Below, one piece after another: positions 20,033 to 29,699 of a stretch of DNA of 37,250 nucleotides. Under the pieces are notes generated by a model. The model did no database searches, was not told the DNA's origin, and saw only the letters and a list, made by a program, of their open reading frames with translations. The position numbers were made by a program, and so were the translations under genes. Position 1 is the first letter of the stretch, and each line of letters opens with the position of its first letter. The stretch lies in the sequence record DRR723986_8790; one strand, 5' to 3'.

Positions 20033-20284
20033 TTCGTTTGGTCCAAAAAATAAGAGGCTATCGTCGAGGAGAATCAGGGCGAATGGCGTTGCAGCAAAGG
20101 CAAGCTCGATTCATTGTTCAGTACGGTATCATAACCGCTGTGCCGTTAAACATGCACCGCCATGCATCAATTCAGTTTCCTTAGCAATATCAGTCTTCTC
20201 CCCTGAGGCAGTACGTCTGTGGGAGTTTCAAGATGCAGATAATCATCCAACGAGAGCATTCTGTAGGAACGGAGGTCGCAAAAG

Positions 20285-20617
20285 ATGTCTAGCATTGAGT
20301 TCACCGATTTTGCCAAGGTTGAAATGAGAGTTGGCACGGTCGTTGCCGCCGAGATCAATGCGAAAGCCAGAGTGCCTGCCGTTGTGCTGGATATTGATTT
20401 TGGGGAACTGGGCGTCAAGAAGTCTTCAGCTCAAATTACCGAGCACTATACGACAGAGAATGTTATTGGCCGCCAGGTCATTGCGGTAGCAAACTTGCCG
20501 CCTCGCCGAGTTGCGGGAATCAAGTCGGAGGTGCTTGTTCTCGCCTCGACCGGAGTAGACGGTACGGTCTTGCTTGCACCGGACCGCAAGGTTGAAAATG
20601 GATCCCGGGTGGCTTGA
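20285..20617 (+). CDS. csaA: CsaA/Trbp111-like tRNA-binding OB-fold protein
   Basis: DFAKVEMRVG, IDFG.LG.KKSSAQIT..Y, NLPPR..AG..SEVLVL; GGAGG RBS. Confidence 0.9.
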   Translation: MSSIEFTDFAKVEMRVGTVVAAEINAKARVPAVVLDIDFGELGVKKSSAQITEHYTTENVIGRQVIAVANLPPRRVAGIKSEVLVLASTGVDGTVLLAPDRKVENGSRVA

Positions 20618-20654
20618 TCATTCAAGCTGAAGCTCGGTGCCAGCACTAAACTCT

Positions 20655-21377
20655 TTAGCATCGCGCCGCATCGAAGTCGGTTACATCCGCGCCAGCGTCC
20701 TCTGCCGTGACAGCAGGTGCATCGGGAGTATAAGGGGTCGTCCCAAGCGTTGCCTCGAAGGCTGCGGTCCAAGCTTCGCGTGTCGCAGTAGTAAAGCCAA
20801 CCGCGACGGTCGTGTAGGCCTCAATCTGCCCAAGTGGTCCAAAGCCAAAGGGAGGGATGTCAATGAGTAGAACCTGGGCTGGCTGTCCAATGATTGTACC
20901 TCTCGATTTACGGCAAAAGAACTTCACGCCAGTTGCTGGGCCAGCTCGAACGCGACACTCTTGCAGGTCGACTTTGATCAGATAGCGTTCGCATCGGACC
21001 TGCAGCGAATCACCGATGAGTGTGACCGTCGGGTAGCCGTACTTGGGCGGCAAGGCGGAGCATGAATTGAGTGATACAGAAAGGCGAACTGCACCGCAAA
21101 CAATGAACCCGGTTAGCAACGATGCCAGCCAAGAGATGGGGCCGAATCCATCGTTTAGGCAAAGCAGCAATAACGCTGCGGTACACGGGAGGCTAACGCC
21201 CGCTACCAAAGCAAACGCGATTGCCTGCAGAAGGCAACCGCGTTTTGCGTCGGAGTCGCGTCGGATATCGTCAGGGATAGTTTCAACCAGCCGGTGGGAT
21301 TGAATCCGCTCTTGGAACCCATTGCGACCGGTAGGGGATTCACGCAGTTGAATCAGTCCTTTACGTTTCCCGCCCAC
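20655..21377 (-). CDS. hypothetical membrane protein (2 TM)
   Basis: Long ORF with two hydrophobic helices; start uncertain. Confidence 0.6.
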   Translation of the reverse strand: MGGKRKGLIQLRESPTGRNGFQERIQSHRLVETIPDDIRRDSDAKRGCLLQAIAFALVAGVSLPCTAALLLLCLNDGFGPISWLASLLTGFIVCGAVRLSVSLNSCSALPPKYGYPTVTLIGDSLQVRCERYLIKVDLQECRVRAGPATGVKFFCRKSRGTIIGQPAQVLLIDIPPFGFGPLGQIEAYTTVAVGFTTATREAWTAAFEATLGTTPYTPDAPAVTAEDAGADVTDFDAARC

Positions 21378-21425
21378 AGGCGATGGTGACTGCGACTTTG
21401 ATGGGCAAAATTAGACTTGAAATTC

Positions 21426-22004
21426 CTACTTGGATGATTTCATTTCCTTGATCATTTTCGTGATGGGATCGGCAAGTTTGTCCATTACTTCGGCGGGACC
21501 GATGGCTTTGACAAACTGTAGACCACCCTTAGTCTCGATCACCGCACCAAGCATACGATAGTTGTCACGAATCTTCGGCTTCACTCGCATCATTGGTGGA
21601 GCACCCATCGTGTCCTTGAAACTACCGTGTAGATCAACCAAGGTCACCTTTTGTTCGGCAACCTTCATCTCGGTGGTCTTGGATTTATCCTTGTTGATTT
21701 TCTCCATCTGCCCTTCCCAGCGAGCAATATTCGCTTTCACGCTCCCGCCGGCGCGGCTGATGGTGATTTTGGCTGTTGGCTCGCCTTCCTTTGCGTCGGC
21801 CGGTGCGGCGAATTCGTAGTTGATAATGTCAGGGAAGCGAGGCTTCTTGGTTTCCCAGTTCTTAGGTGTCACCATCGTCAGATCTGTGCCGCGCAGCTTG
21901 ATAACAACTGGCTTCGCCTTCTCGTCAGACTCAACTTTTTTCTGAGCGCTGGCAACTCCGGCGGGGATCAGGATCGAAGCTATGGCAAGTAAATGAGTAC
22001 GCAT
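21426..22004 (-). CDS. exported hypothetical protein
   Basis: Signal peptide ending ASA, GGAG RBS; P.NW, GGSVKANIARW.GQ and FVKAIGP motifs. Confidence 0.85.
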   Translation of the reverse strand: MRTHLLAIASILIPAGVASAQKKVESDEKAKPVVIKLRGTDLTMVTPKNWETKKPRFPDIINYEFAAPADAKEGEPTAKITISRAGGSVKANIARWEGQMEKINKDKSKTTEMKVAEQKVTLVDLHGSFKDTMGAPPMMRVKPKIRDNYRMLGAVIETKGGLQFVKAIGPAEVMDKLADPITKMIKEMKSSK

Positions 22005-22070
22005 TGGGGGACTCCGGTTTATAACTTGGTTGTTCTCGGTACGTTCGGTGGTTCGGGATTCGTGCGTTCG

Positions 22071-22397
22071 CTAGTAGCGTGGAACGCTGCTGTCGATTTC
22101 TTGGCTCCATGCATCAATGCCGCCCGTCATGTTCTGGGCATCCTCAAAGCCGTTCTCTCGCAGCCACATCGTCACTCTTAGGCTTCGACCACCGTGATGA
22201 CAGTGAACGACGACATTCGACTTGTCTAACTTGTCGAGTGTTTCTTTTTGTTCTGCAAGCGTACTCATCGGCATAAGTGTTGCACCTTCGATGCGGGCTG
22301 TGTCCCATTCTTCCTGTTCTCGGCAGTCAATCAAGCTGACGTCTCCAGCATCAAGTTTGGCTTTGACGTCTTGAACAGAGATCTCAATCGGTGTCAT
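22071..22397 (-). CDS. rhodanese-like domain protein
   Basis: LIDCRE..EW, HCHHGGRS, GGIDAWS.EID..VPRY (MoeZ C-terminal-like). Confidence 0.93.
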   Translation of the reverse strand: MTPIEISVQDVKAKLDAGDVSLIDCREQEEWDTARIEGATLMPMSTLAEQKETLDKLDKSNVVVHCHHGGRSLRVTMWLRENGFEDAQNMTGGIDAWSQEIDSSVPRY

Positions 22398-22707
22398 TTG
22401 TTTTTCTTATGTTGGTTTGCACGAGTGGCAAAATGTTTGGCCCAGAATGCGAAAATACAGAAGGGCGATAGTATACGCTCTGCCCATTTAATTGACTGGC
22501 AAATCACCCAAATCTGCCCTTATCCTTTTGCTTCGATTCTAGGTTGATGCCAAGAACGAAAGAGGGTTGCCACCATATCTACTTCGCACAGTTTGTTGAA
22601 AGTAACGAAGCAGAATGTCCGGCGTTTCCGCTAAAACCATTCGGTTTTGCCAAAGTGTCGTTTGGGTATGCCTAATTTTAGTGCCTGGAAACAAGCGATT
22701 TTCCATC

Positions 22708-22775
22708 TTGACATCACGCTTGAGCTATAATTAGGGTGGAAATGGACGGGGAAAGCAATACTCGCTAGAGGAGGT
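22708..22775 (+). promoter_or_regulatory. promoter/RBS region of the 22781 gene
   Basis: TTGACA 22708, TATAAT 22726, TAGGGT 22732 (18-nt spacer from TTGACA); GAGGAGGT SD at 22768-22775. Confidence 0.5.
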
Positions 22776-22780
22776 TCCCT

Positions 22781-23314
22781 ATGGCAAATTCAAACTCCGA
22801 TTCTACTCTTGGCAGAATGTTCGCTGGCCTCAGCGAATACGTCTTCCATTCTAAACTTGGGATCGTCGATACGGAACTCGTCGACTACGTATCCTCACTT
22901 CTAACGCGTTTCATCCGGTTGGAAGGCCTGCAGAAGATCCGTAGGACCGATGGTTCACTTGCGACCGAAGTTTTCTCGATGGTCCAAGAAGCAGAAAAGC
23001 GTGTCGGTGACGCAAAACGCGAGATCCATCGTCACATTGGTGACTTCACACTATTCTGGTCCGGTGTTTACCCTGAGGCGCTTGGGGAGATGAGGTCGGC
23101 GAGTTCAGTCGATCACTTCGTGAACTACTGTGCGCAGGGCAAGCGTGCTTACAAGATTGCGAGCACTCTTGATACAACCAGGCCCGTGGCTGATAGCTCT
23201 CTGTTGCACCGGATGAGTGATCAGTTTGAGATGTGCGCTTACGGGCTCCGGGAAGTCCGCCGAGAGTGGGAGTCGCGTGACGATGAAAGCTCTGACGGTC
23301 CGCTGTTGATCTGA
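22781..23314 (+). CDS. conserved hypothetical protein
   Basis: Strong SD; helical protein with HIGDFTLFWSGVYPE and GKRAY motifs. Confidence 0.85.
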   Translation: MANSNSDSTLGRMFAGLSEYVFHSKLGIVDTELVDYVSSLLTRFIRLEGLQKIRRTDGSLATEVFSMVQEAEKRVGDAKREIHRHIGDFTLFWSGVYPEALGEMRSASSVDHFVNYCAQGKRAYKIASTLDTTRPVADSSLLHRMSDQFEMCAYGLREVRREWESRDDESSDGPLLI

Positions 23315-23476
23315 GAAGAGATCTTTCTAGTTGACTGCTGAGCCTCACGCGATGCCGTGACGGTTTTCTTGTCGAAGATCTACTAGCTGCTAGCGTTGAG
23401 CTGTAAGCAATGATCTATAACCATCGTTACTTTCAACCGCTGGCGTCCATTGTGTCGCAAGCGAATGTTCGCGGCA

Positions 23477-25483
23477 CTACTTGAGGACCGCTTGCAACCA
23501 CTGTTGGTCGACTTGCAACTCTTGCACGCTCAGCTCAGAGAGTCGAGGGTAATCCTTGGCCAGCTTTTCAAAATCGATCTGAATTTCAGGCTTGAAGATC
23601 TCCTCGAACTTGCGGCGAAGGACGCTTCGCATAGCTGAGTCCTTAAAGCCGCCGCGACCAAAATTGGTCTCGATCTCACCTTCGCGTTGAAGGATGACGG
23701 TACCGTTGCCCCATAACGGGACGTAGGTGACGCTTGCACTGGAGGCTTGCTTGATCTGCCCCTGTTTGCCAGCGATCTCCTTCATCTTGATGCTTAATCG
23801 AACACGACCGCCGTCGAGTGAAATATCGACTGGACGATCAGCGGCCATGCGTATCATCCACTCTTCATTCTCAGCCTCACGCTCGAGCTCTTCCGGCGCT
23901 TCGCCAATGATCTGTTCTGCCAAGTCATCCAGGTTATCGCTCTTGAGAACTCTTCCAGCTAAAAACCGGTCAAGATAGTTGGTGATCGCGCTCTGGTGCA
24001 ACTTGAACACAACGCCGTAGGTGGTCGGCTCTGGCAACGGGCAGGCCGTTGGAGCACCAATTTGGTTCAGTCCACCGGCAGCAACTTCGGCATTGAATGT
24101 TGTTGATGTGGATGCAAGCGTGAACCGCGGCCTTGGCAGATCAAAACGAGTTGCGATTGGTGCGGGGCCATTGAACCGATCCAGGCTCTCGTTCGCACTT
24201 GTCAATTGTGTTTCGACCTGTTCGTCATAGCTCGTTGTCAGCCGCGAACGCAAGCGGCTACGAGCAATCGCGTCTGCTTGAGGCTTGGTTTGAGCAGCCT
24301 TCCGCTGAGCAATCTTGCGGACAATCTTTCGCTTGTGGTGGATCGAGTTGATCTTTGTCTGTAGGTTGCCGTCGGCGTATGCTGGCCCTGCAGAGATCTG
24401 ATCCATGGTCATCCAGAGCTGTTTGGAGGCACATACGTCAGCGACACTGCTTGTCCGTAGCACAACGCCTCGATTGAAGCCCTTGTTCTGACTGGTCATG
24501 CAGCCGTCAAAATCAATCTTGATCGCCGCTCCCCCAATCATCGGCGACATGTCGACCGACACTTTCCCAGTCAGGCAGGCTTTGCCGATGACGCGTGTTC
24601 CGAGCAGGCACTCATTGACATCTCTCGGTTCAGCGATGTCTCTGCCAATTAATCGGTTGATGAAGTCCTCGTGGACCTTCACATCGATGTTAGGCTGCGC
24701 AAACGCTTGGAGCAGCACATCAGCGGCTTCGGTCTGGCCGCTTTCGATGTAGTAGCTTGTCAGGCGTGAGATCATGTGAAGTTGTTCGGCGTTCAGGCTA
24801 GCCTCCGCTTCATCGGCTGCAAGCGCCTCCAAAGCCTCTTCGGTGCGGCCAACCAGGACTTTGTTTGCCGATTCTGCTTTCCCGAACTTTCTGGCCGCAA
24901 CAAATTGATCAACGGCTGATCGCAAATTCATGAACGGAGCGTTTTCTAGCCCAGCGTAATTCTGACGCATCGTCGTGCCGATATCAGCTAGGTTCGTCAA
25001 ACTAGCTCGCTGCCCTTTTTCCAGTTCCGCCCGAAGCATCTCTAGCTTGAGGAACTTCTCCCAAGCCTTACCATTGGGCGTACCAAGTCCGATGTATCGT
25101 TCAACTCGTTCAATGGCGTCACGCAGTTGCTGTGTTGCGACTTCGCGATTCGGGAATTTGGTTTCGTCAAGCGTGCTAACAGCCTCTTCGAGTGCGGTAG
25201 TCAAGCTGCTGCGGTACGAGTTCGGTACCGTTGGCTCGATAGAGAGACAATTGTCCGCCAGTGGGCCAGAAAGGAGAATCAGTGGGCCAGCCACGAAAAA
25301 TAGTGCAGCACAAAGCATGCTTCGGTGCCGGGGAGTATGCTGGCACATGGACCGTCTAAAATTTGACCGCCTGCAATTTGATGAACGGACGTTGCCACCA
25401 GTTGATTGTGGATGAACCCCTGAGAAGCTTTCGCAGCCAGAGAGCATCCATGCACTTGTATCCCGCTTCATAGGCTGGGTCAC
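23477..25483 (-). CDS. large exported hypothetical protein
   Basis: 668-aa ORF with a hydrophobic segment near residues 55-72; true start probably downstream of 25483. Confidence 0.8.
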   Translation of the reverse strand: MTQPMKRDTSAWMLSGCESFSGVHPQSTGGNVRSSNCRRSNFRRSMCQHTPRHRSMLCAALFFVAGPLILLSGPLADNCLSIEPTVPNSYRSSLTTALEEAVSTLDETKFPNREVATQQLRDAIERVERYIGLGTPNGKAWEKFLKLEMLRAELEKGQRASLTNLADIGTTMRQNYAGLENAPFMNLRSAVDQFVAARKFGKAESANKVLVGRTEEALEALAADEAEASLNAEQLHMISRLTSYYIESGQTEAADVLLQAFAQPNIDVKVHEDFINRLIGRDIAEPRDVNECLLGTRVIGKACLTGKVSVDMSPMIGGAAIKIDFDGCMTSQNKGFNRGVVLRTSSVADVCASKQLWMTMDQISAGPAYADGNLQTKINSIHHKRKIVRKIAQRKAAQTKPQADAIARSRLRSRLTTSYDEQVETQLTSANESLDRFNGPAPIATRFDLPRPRFTLASTSTTFNAEVAAGGLNQIGAPTACPLPEPTTYGVVFKLHQSAITNYLDRFLAGRVLKSDNLDDLAEQIIGEAPEELEREAENEEWMIRMAADRPVDISLDGGRVRLSIKMKEIAGKQGQIKQASSASVTYVPLWGNGTVILQREGEIETNFGRGGFKDSAMRSVLRRKFEEIFKPEIQIDFEKLAKDYPRLSELSVQELQVDQQWLQAVLK

Positions 25484-25611
25484 TCCGATTTAATCCGTAA
25501 ATTGGTGGTTTGAAGGTCAATGACGTATCGCGGTGCCACTCAAGCGAACTCCGACCTCTGTCTCGTTCACCGACCCGCATAAACTTCCTAGTTTACCAGA
25601 AGGGCTCTGCT

Positions 25612-26709
25612 GTGGAAACGCAGATTCAAGACCACTCGCAGCCAAACCAAGGACCATTTGCATCGCTTCAGCTTGTTCTACGGCGATCAGAGCACCGAAA
25701 ACTGGCATCTAGCATTCGGCCGCTCGTTAAGGCCTGCATTCTGATTGTATCGATTAGTCTGTTTTTGCGAGCCGAATTAACTCAGGTTCGGGCTGACGAA
25801 GATCCGCCAAAGATCGCCCGCTGGGTACCAAGTGAAACTCTTGAGAGTTTGGTCGTTTCGGCGTTTGCAAGCTGTCATGATGGATACAGCGTCGACGAGG
25901 TGCTGCTTCACGATCAACGCCGAGAGGGCTTTATCGAAGCATGTCGGAAGCTAGCGAAGGACTTGCCAGCGATGGCGAAGAACCCAAGCGATACCCGCGA
26001 TGAAGGGGCAGCGGAAGAGTCACTAAGTTTCACAACCGATCAGTTGACTTTCACAGCCGATCAACTGTGTGCGGCACTCTTGCACGTTCGTAAAGCTGGC
26101 GGAAGGTTGGCGAAGGCCACGCGGCGGGCGAAGCAAACGGCCAAGCAGACTGCGGCAGCGCTGGAGTCCGTCGCCGAGATCGCTGCCCGACGACTCGATG
26201 ATGAATTGCAGTACCATACCGACCGACTGCTTGATAACTCGAACGCTCGCAAACACTTTGATGCAACTGTTGAAAGCATCGTTGGCTCCGCCGATCCCTA
26301 CCCGTTTCGCAGAGCGGCCCTCAAACTCCGCAAGACTCGTCGTCTCAAGCCAGAGCTGCTTAGTCGCGTTACCAATTGGAAGCGAACTATCGTCGAGTAT
26401 CCGGTCGCGGAGGCGGCTTCGCGAATCGAGGAGATGCCCGAGCGTCCAGGCGTTTACATTTTTCGCGATCGGACCGGCTACCTTTATATTGGCCAGGCAA
26501 AGAATCTGCGAACTCGCCTGGAAGACCATCTGGACGGTTCCGACCGAAAGGCATTGGCGAACTATCTAGACAGTGGAGCGAAATCGGCGGTAACGTTGGA
26601 GGTCCACGTTTTCGGCGATGGATCTCCTGGTGAAGATCTGCGAATACGGCGAGCCTATGAAAGCGAGCTTATTCGGACGCGTGCTCCCAGACTTAATATC
26701 AAGCCCTAA
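25612..26709 (+). CDS. protein with C-terminal GIY-YIG nuclease domain and N-terminal signal/TM segment
   Basis: PGVYIF..YLYIGQAKNLRTRL..H ... YESELI....PRLN; GTG 25612 chosen after AGAAGGG (ORF open from 25510). Confidence 0.82.
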   Translation: METQIQDHSQPNQGPFASLQLVLRRSEHRKLASSIRPLVKACILIVSISLFLRAELTQVRADEDPPKIARWVPSETLESLVVSAFASCHDGYSVDEVLLHDQRREGFIEACRKLAKDLPAMAKNPSDTRDEGAAEESLSFTTDQLTFTADQLCAALLHVRKAGGRLAKATRRAKQTAKQTAAALESVAEIAARRLDDELQYHTDRLLDNSNARKHFDATVESIVGSADPYPFRRAALKLRKTRRLKPELLSRVTNWKRTIVEYPVAEAASRIEEMPERPGVYIFRDRTGYLYIGQAKNLRTRLEDHLDGSDRKALANYLDSGAKSAVTLEVHVFGDGSPGEDLRIRRAYESELIRTRAPRLNIKP

Positions 26710-26722
26710 AGGATTGTCCACT

Positions 26723-27925
26723 ATGATGCATCGAATTACTGCAGTTGCCCTTGCCTTGGTGTTGTCGTGCTTCGCCCAGCCGCAGGCAACGCTATCGCAA
26801 GAACCAACGCCAGCCGCCCGCCCCATCGGCGATAAAATACGAGGCGAGATAGCTGAATTGGTCGCCGATGCCATCACCCAAAAGAAAATGCCGGGATGCG
26901 TCATCTGTTTTGGCAACGGTCAACGGATTGAGTATCTGGAAGCCTTCGGACGGCGTAAAACGATTGGTGAAACGGAAGCTATGACGACCAACACCGTTTT
27001 CGATCTCGCCTCATTAACCAAGCCAATTGCGACGGCGACAAGTGTGATGCAGTTGCTTGAACAGGGGAAGTTGCGTTTGCATTCTCGTGCCGCGGAGATC
27101 GTTCCCGAATTTGGCATCAACGGGAAAGATGCGATTACAATCCAGCAGCTTTTGGTTCACCAGAGCGGGTTGATTCCTGACAATCCGCTTCGTGATTATT
27201 TGGATGGTCCCGAGTTGGCTTGGCAGCGCATATGTGAACTGGAACCAGTCGCACCAGTTGGAGAGCAATTCAAATACTCAGACGTTAATTTCATCGTCCT
27301 GGCCAAAATCGTCGAGAAACTGAGTGGAATGGACATTGCTACTTATTCTAGTGAGTCCATCTTCAAGCCTTTGAAGATGACTGAGACGGGCTTTACCCCT
27401 GCGGATGAGCTCAAGGTGAGAGCCGCAGTAACTCAGCGGCGCGACGACCAGTGGATGCGAGGAGATGTTCATGACCCGCGGGCTTGGGAATTGGGCGGTG
27501 TCGCCGGTCATGCTGGGCTTTTCTCCACCGCGTCTGATCTCGCTATCTACGGTCAAATGATGCTTGGCCGCGGATCAAAGGTCGTTGAAGGGAAAGCGGT
27601 CAGGGTGCTCAGCCCAACTACTTTTGAACTCATGACTTCAGGTTACAAGGTGAGCCGTGGAACCCGCGGGCTCGGCTGGGACAAACAGTCACCGTACTCC
27701 AGCAACAAAGGCAAGCTGTTGAGTGATGCAGCGTTCGGCCACGGCGGCTTCACCGGTACAGTCCTTTGGGTAGATCCTGAGCTGGACCTGTTTTTTGTCT
27801 TCCTTAGCAATCGAGTTCACCCCGATGGCAAAGGAAGCGTGAATAGGCTGGCGGGCAGCATCCTCGATGTCATTGCCGGTCGGTGCAAAGAGGTCATTGC
27901 CAGTCGGCGCAAAGAGACCGAGTAG
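26723..27925 (+). CDS. serine hydrolase, beta-lactamase/PBP family, exported
   Basis: Signal peptide; FDLASLTK (SxxK), LLVHQSGL, YSDVNF, GVAGHAGLFS, FGHGGFTGT. Confidence 0.93.
   Translation: MMHRITAVALALVLSCFAQPQATLSQEPTPAARPIGDKIRGEIAELVADAITQKKMPGCVICFGNGQRIEYLEAFGRRKTIGETEAMTTNTVFDLASLTKPIATATSVMQLLEQGKLRLHSRAAEIVPEFGINGKDAITIQQLLVHQSGLIPDNPLRDYLDGPELAWQRICELEPVAPVGEQFKYSDVNFIVLAKIVEKLSGMDIATYSSESIFKPLKMTETGFTPADELKVRAAVTQRRDDQWMRGDVHDPRAWELGGVAGHAGLFSTASDLAIYGQMMLGRGSKVVEGKAVRVLSPTTFELMTSGYKVSRGTRGLGWDKQSPYSSNKGKLLSDAAFGHGGFTGTVLWVDPELDLFFVFLSNRVHPDGKGSVNRLAGSILDVIAGRCKEVIASRRKETE
27869..27916 (+). repeat. 24-bp tandem duplication at the serine hydrolase C-terminus
   Basis: GTCATTGCCGGTCGGTGCAAAGAG / GTCATTGCCAGTCGGCGCAAAGAG (22/24 identical). 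Confidence 0.9.
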
Positions 27926-27990
27926 CAGCAGATGCGAGTCCGCTGAATCGACGGTCCGGATCAACGAAGCAGAATCGATGATCCTGAACG

Positions 27991-28473
27991 TTACTCTGCC
28001 TCGGACGTGTCTTGCTGGGTTGGTTCGATGGCTGGAACACCGCGAATCTTGAGCGTTCCGGAGATGGCAACGATGATGACACCAAACAGGCAGATAACCC
28101 GCAGCCATTTCTCGCGCGAGTCGCGTAGCTTCTGAAGAGCCGGGCTACGTCCGACGAGCGCGGACGCGAGAAAGAAGACAACGAAGGCCAGTAGCATTTT
28201 GATGCCGATCAGCATGTGATACTGCCCGTCGCCCTTGTGGTTCGGTATTGCTTGAAAATAGTTGTAGAAGCCTGAAGCCAGGAACAAAAGCACACCGAAG
28301 TGAACGAATCGCTTCCAGCGAGCGACAATTGAATCGTGAAGTTCCTGCCGCTGTTGCTCACCCAGTTTCTTCAGAACGGGAATGAGCACTAGCAGAGAAA
28401 ATAGACTGCCGCCGATGAGCGTGATGGCAGTTAAAACATGAACGACTCGTGAAACTACATCTAAAGCAAACAT
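27991..28473 (-). CDS. 4-TM membrane protein (CopD-like architecture)
   Basis: R.VHVL.A..LIGG..F, L.SG.YN, YH.LIGIK..L pattern in four helices. Confidence 0.75.
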   Translation of the reverse strand: MFALDVVSRVVHVLTAITLIGGSLFSLLVLIPVLKKLGEQQRQELHDSIVARWKRFVHFGVLLFLASGFYNYFQAIPNHKGDGQYHMLIGIKMLLAFVVFFLASALVGRSPALQKLRDSREKWLRVICLFGVIIVAISGTLKIRGVPAIEPTQQDTSEAE

Positions 28474-28524
28474 CTGAATTCAAGTGCTTTGAATTTGAGG
28501 TATCTATACGAATTTACGAACAGC

Positions 28525-29229
28525 CTAATTTGTCGAAAAATCAGGAGGGAATTTTCGGTCGGCATCTCCCTCCTCCTTCTCCTCGACTCTACTTTCCATG
28601 CACCGTATCAGGAGCCGACAGCGGACATCAACGTTTGGCTCTCGCAGCAGTTGCTGCTTCACTGTTAGCGGCAAGTTCAATGCAAACGAGATCGTATCAG
28701 TCAGCGTCCCAAGCGGAAGCTGTTTCCCGACAAGTTGTTTGAAACTTTGTTGGGCGGCCAATCCGTCTGGAACAAAATGCGAAAACAGCTCGTGCAGACG
28801 CATCATCATTGCCTCTCGCCGCTCGAGCGTGCTCTCCGGATACACGTCCTCTACCAATTCAACTTGGGCTTCGCGGTACGAGGTCTCGCCGTCGAGTTCC
28901 TTGATGATCTTCGCTCTCTGAAGACCCACCAACAGAATGTTATGCCGGCCATCCTCGGTCGGCGTATGCGAGACTATTTTTCCGACGCAAACTGTATCGG
29001 CAATTGGTGGTCGGTCGAGGTAGGCGGATTCCCAGTCCGGTTGCAGCAGAGCCATTGCCAACAATGAATCGGTTGCAAGTGCCGCTTCCAGCATCTCGCA
29101 GTATCGTGGCTCGAAGATGTGGAGTGGCTGAACGACGTGGGGGAAGAGCACCAAGTTGGGCAACGGAAACAATTTAACAGCGCCGGAGAAATCTTCCGGC
29201 ATGTTCGGTAAGCCTTCCAAATCTGACAT
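28525..29229 (-). CDS. stand-alone LON peptidase substrate-binding domain protein
   Basis: LFPLPNLVLFP....PLHIFEPRY..ML, DGR.NILL.G..R, KQQLL; GAGG before ATG 29229. Confidence 0.9.
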   Translation of the reverse strand: MSDLEGLPNMPEDFSGAVKLFPLPNLVLFPHVVQPLHIFEPRYCEMLEAALATDSLLAMALLQPDWESAYLDRPPIADTVCVGKIVSHTPTEDGRHNILLVGLQRAKIIKELDGETSYREAQVELVEDVYPESTLERREAMMMRLHELFSHFVPDGLAAQQSFKQLVGKQLPLGTLTDTISFALNLPLTVKQQLLREPNVDVRCRLLIRCMESRVEEKEEGDADRKFPPDFSTN

Positions 29230-29648
29230 CGTTTCCTCGCAGTTCGGAAAGTTATAGGACCGTTGGAAAGCGAGCTCGTTGGCAGCCCCAAAATCATCCA
29301 TGCGTGGCCATCAATAGGCTGGACCAATCAAATGCCGACGACCCATAGTCTAGCGTTCAGCCGCCCATCAATCGACCGGTCGAATCAAGATCCCCTCGAG
29401 GAATCAGTGGACCGCTTGGTGTGGGAGCAAAAAAATAATGAACCGCGAGCCGATGGCATCGAACGTGACATTGTACCGTCGCTGACAACCATTGCTCACC
29501 GAAGCAATTGGCCGGCATCTTGCGCGAGCACATTGCTGCACCAACGATTGCTGGGCGTATAACTGGTGCGACTCGTTCGGCGGCTCGTGGGGAGAAGGTT
29601 CGACGACGAATCGCGCGAACTGCTGGCCACGCACTGCTTAGTACGAAC

Positions 29649-29687
29649 AAAAAAAGCCCCGTCAGAAGCCGAAGCAACTGACGGGGC
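29649..29687 (-). terminator. intrinsic terminator (minus strand)
   Basis: Minus strand GCCCCGTCAG-ttgcttcggctt-CTGACGGGGC-TTTTTTT: 10-bp perfect stem. Confidence 0.88.
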
Positions 29688-29699
29688 CGGAACAGAGAA

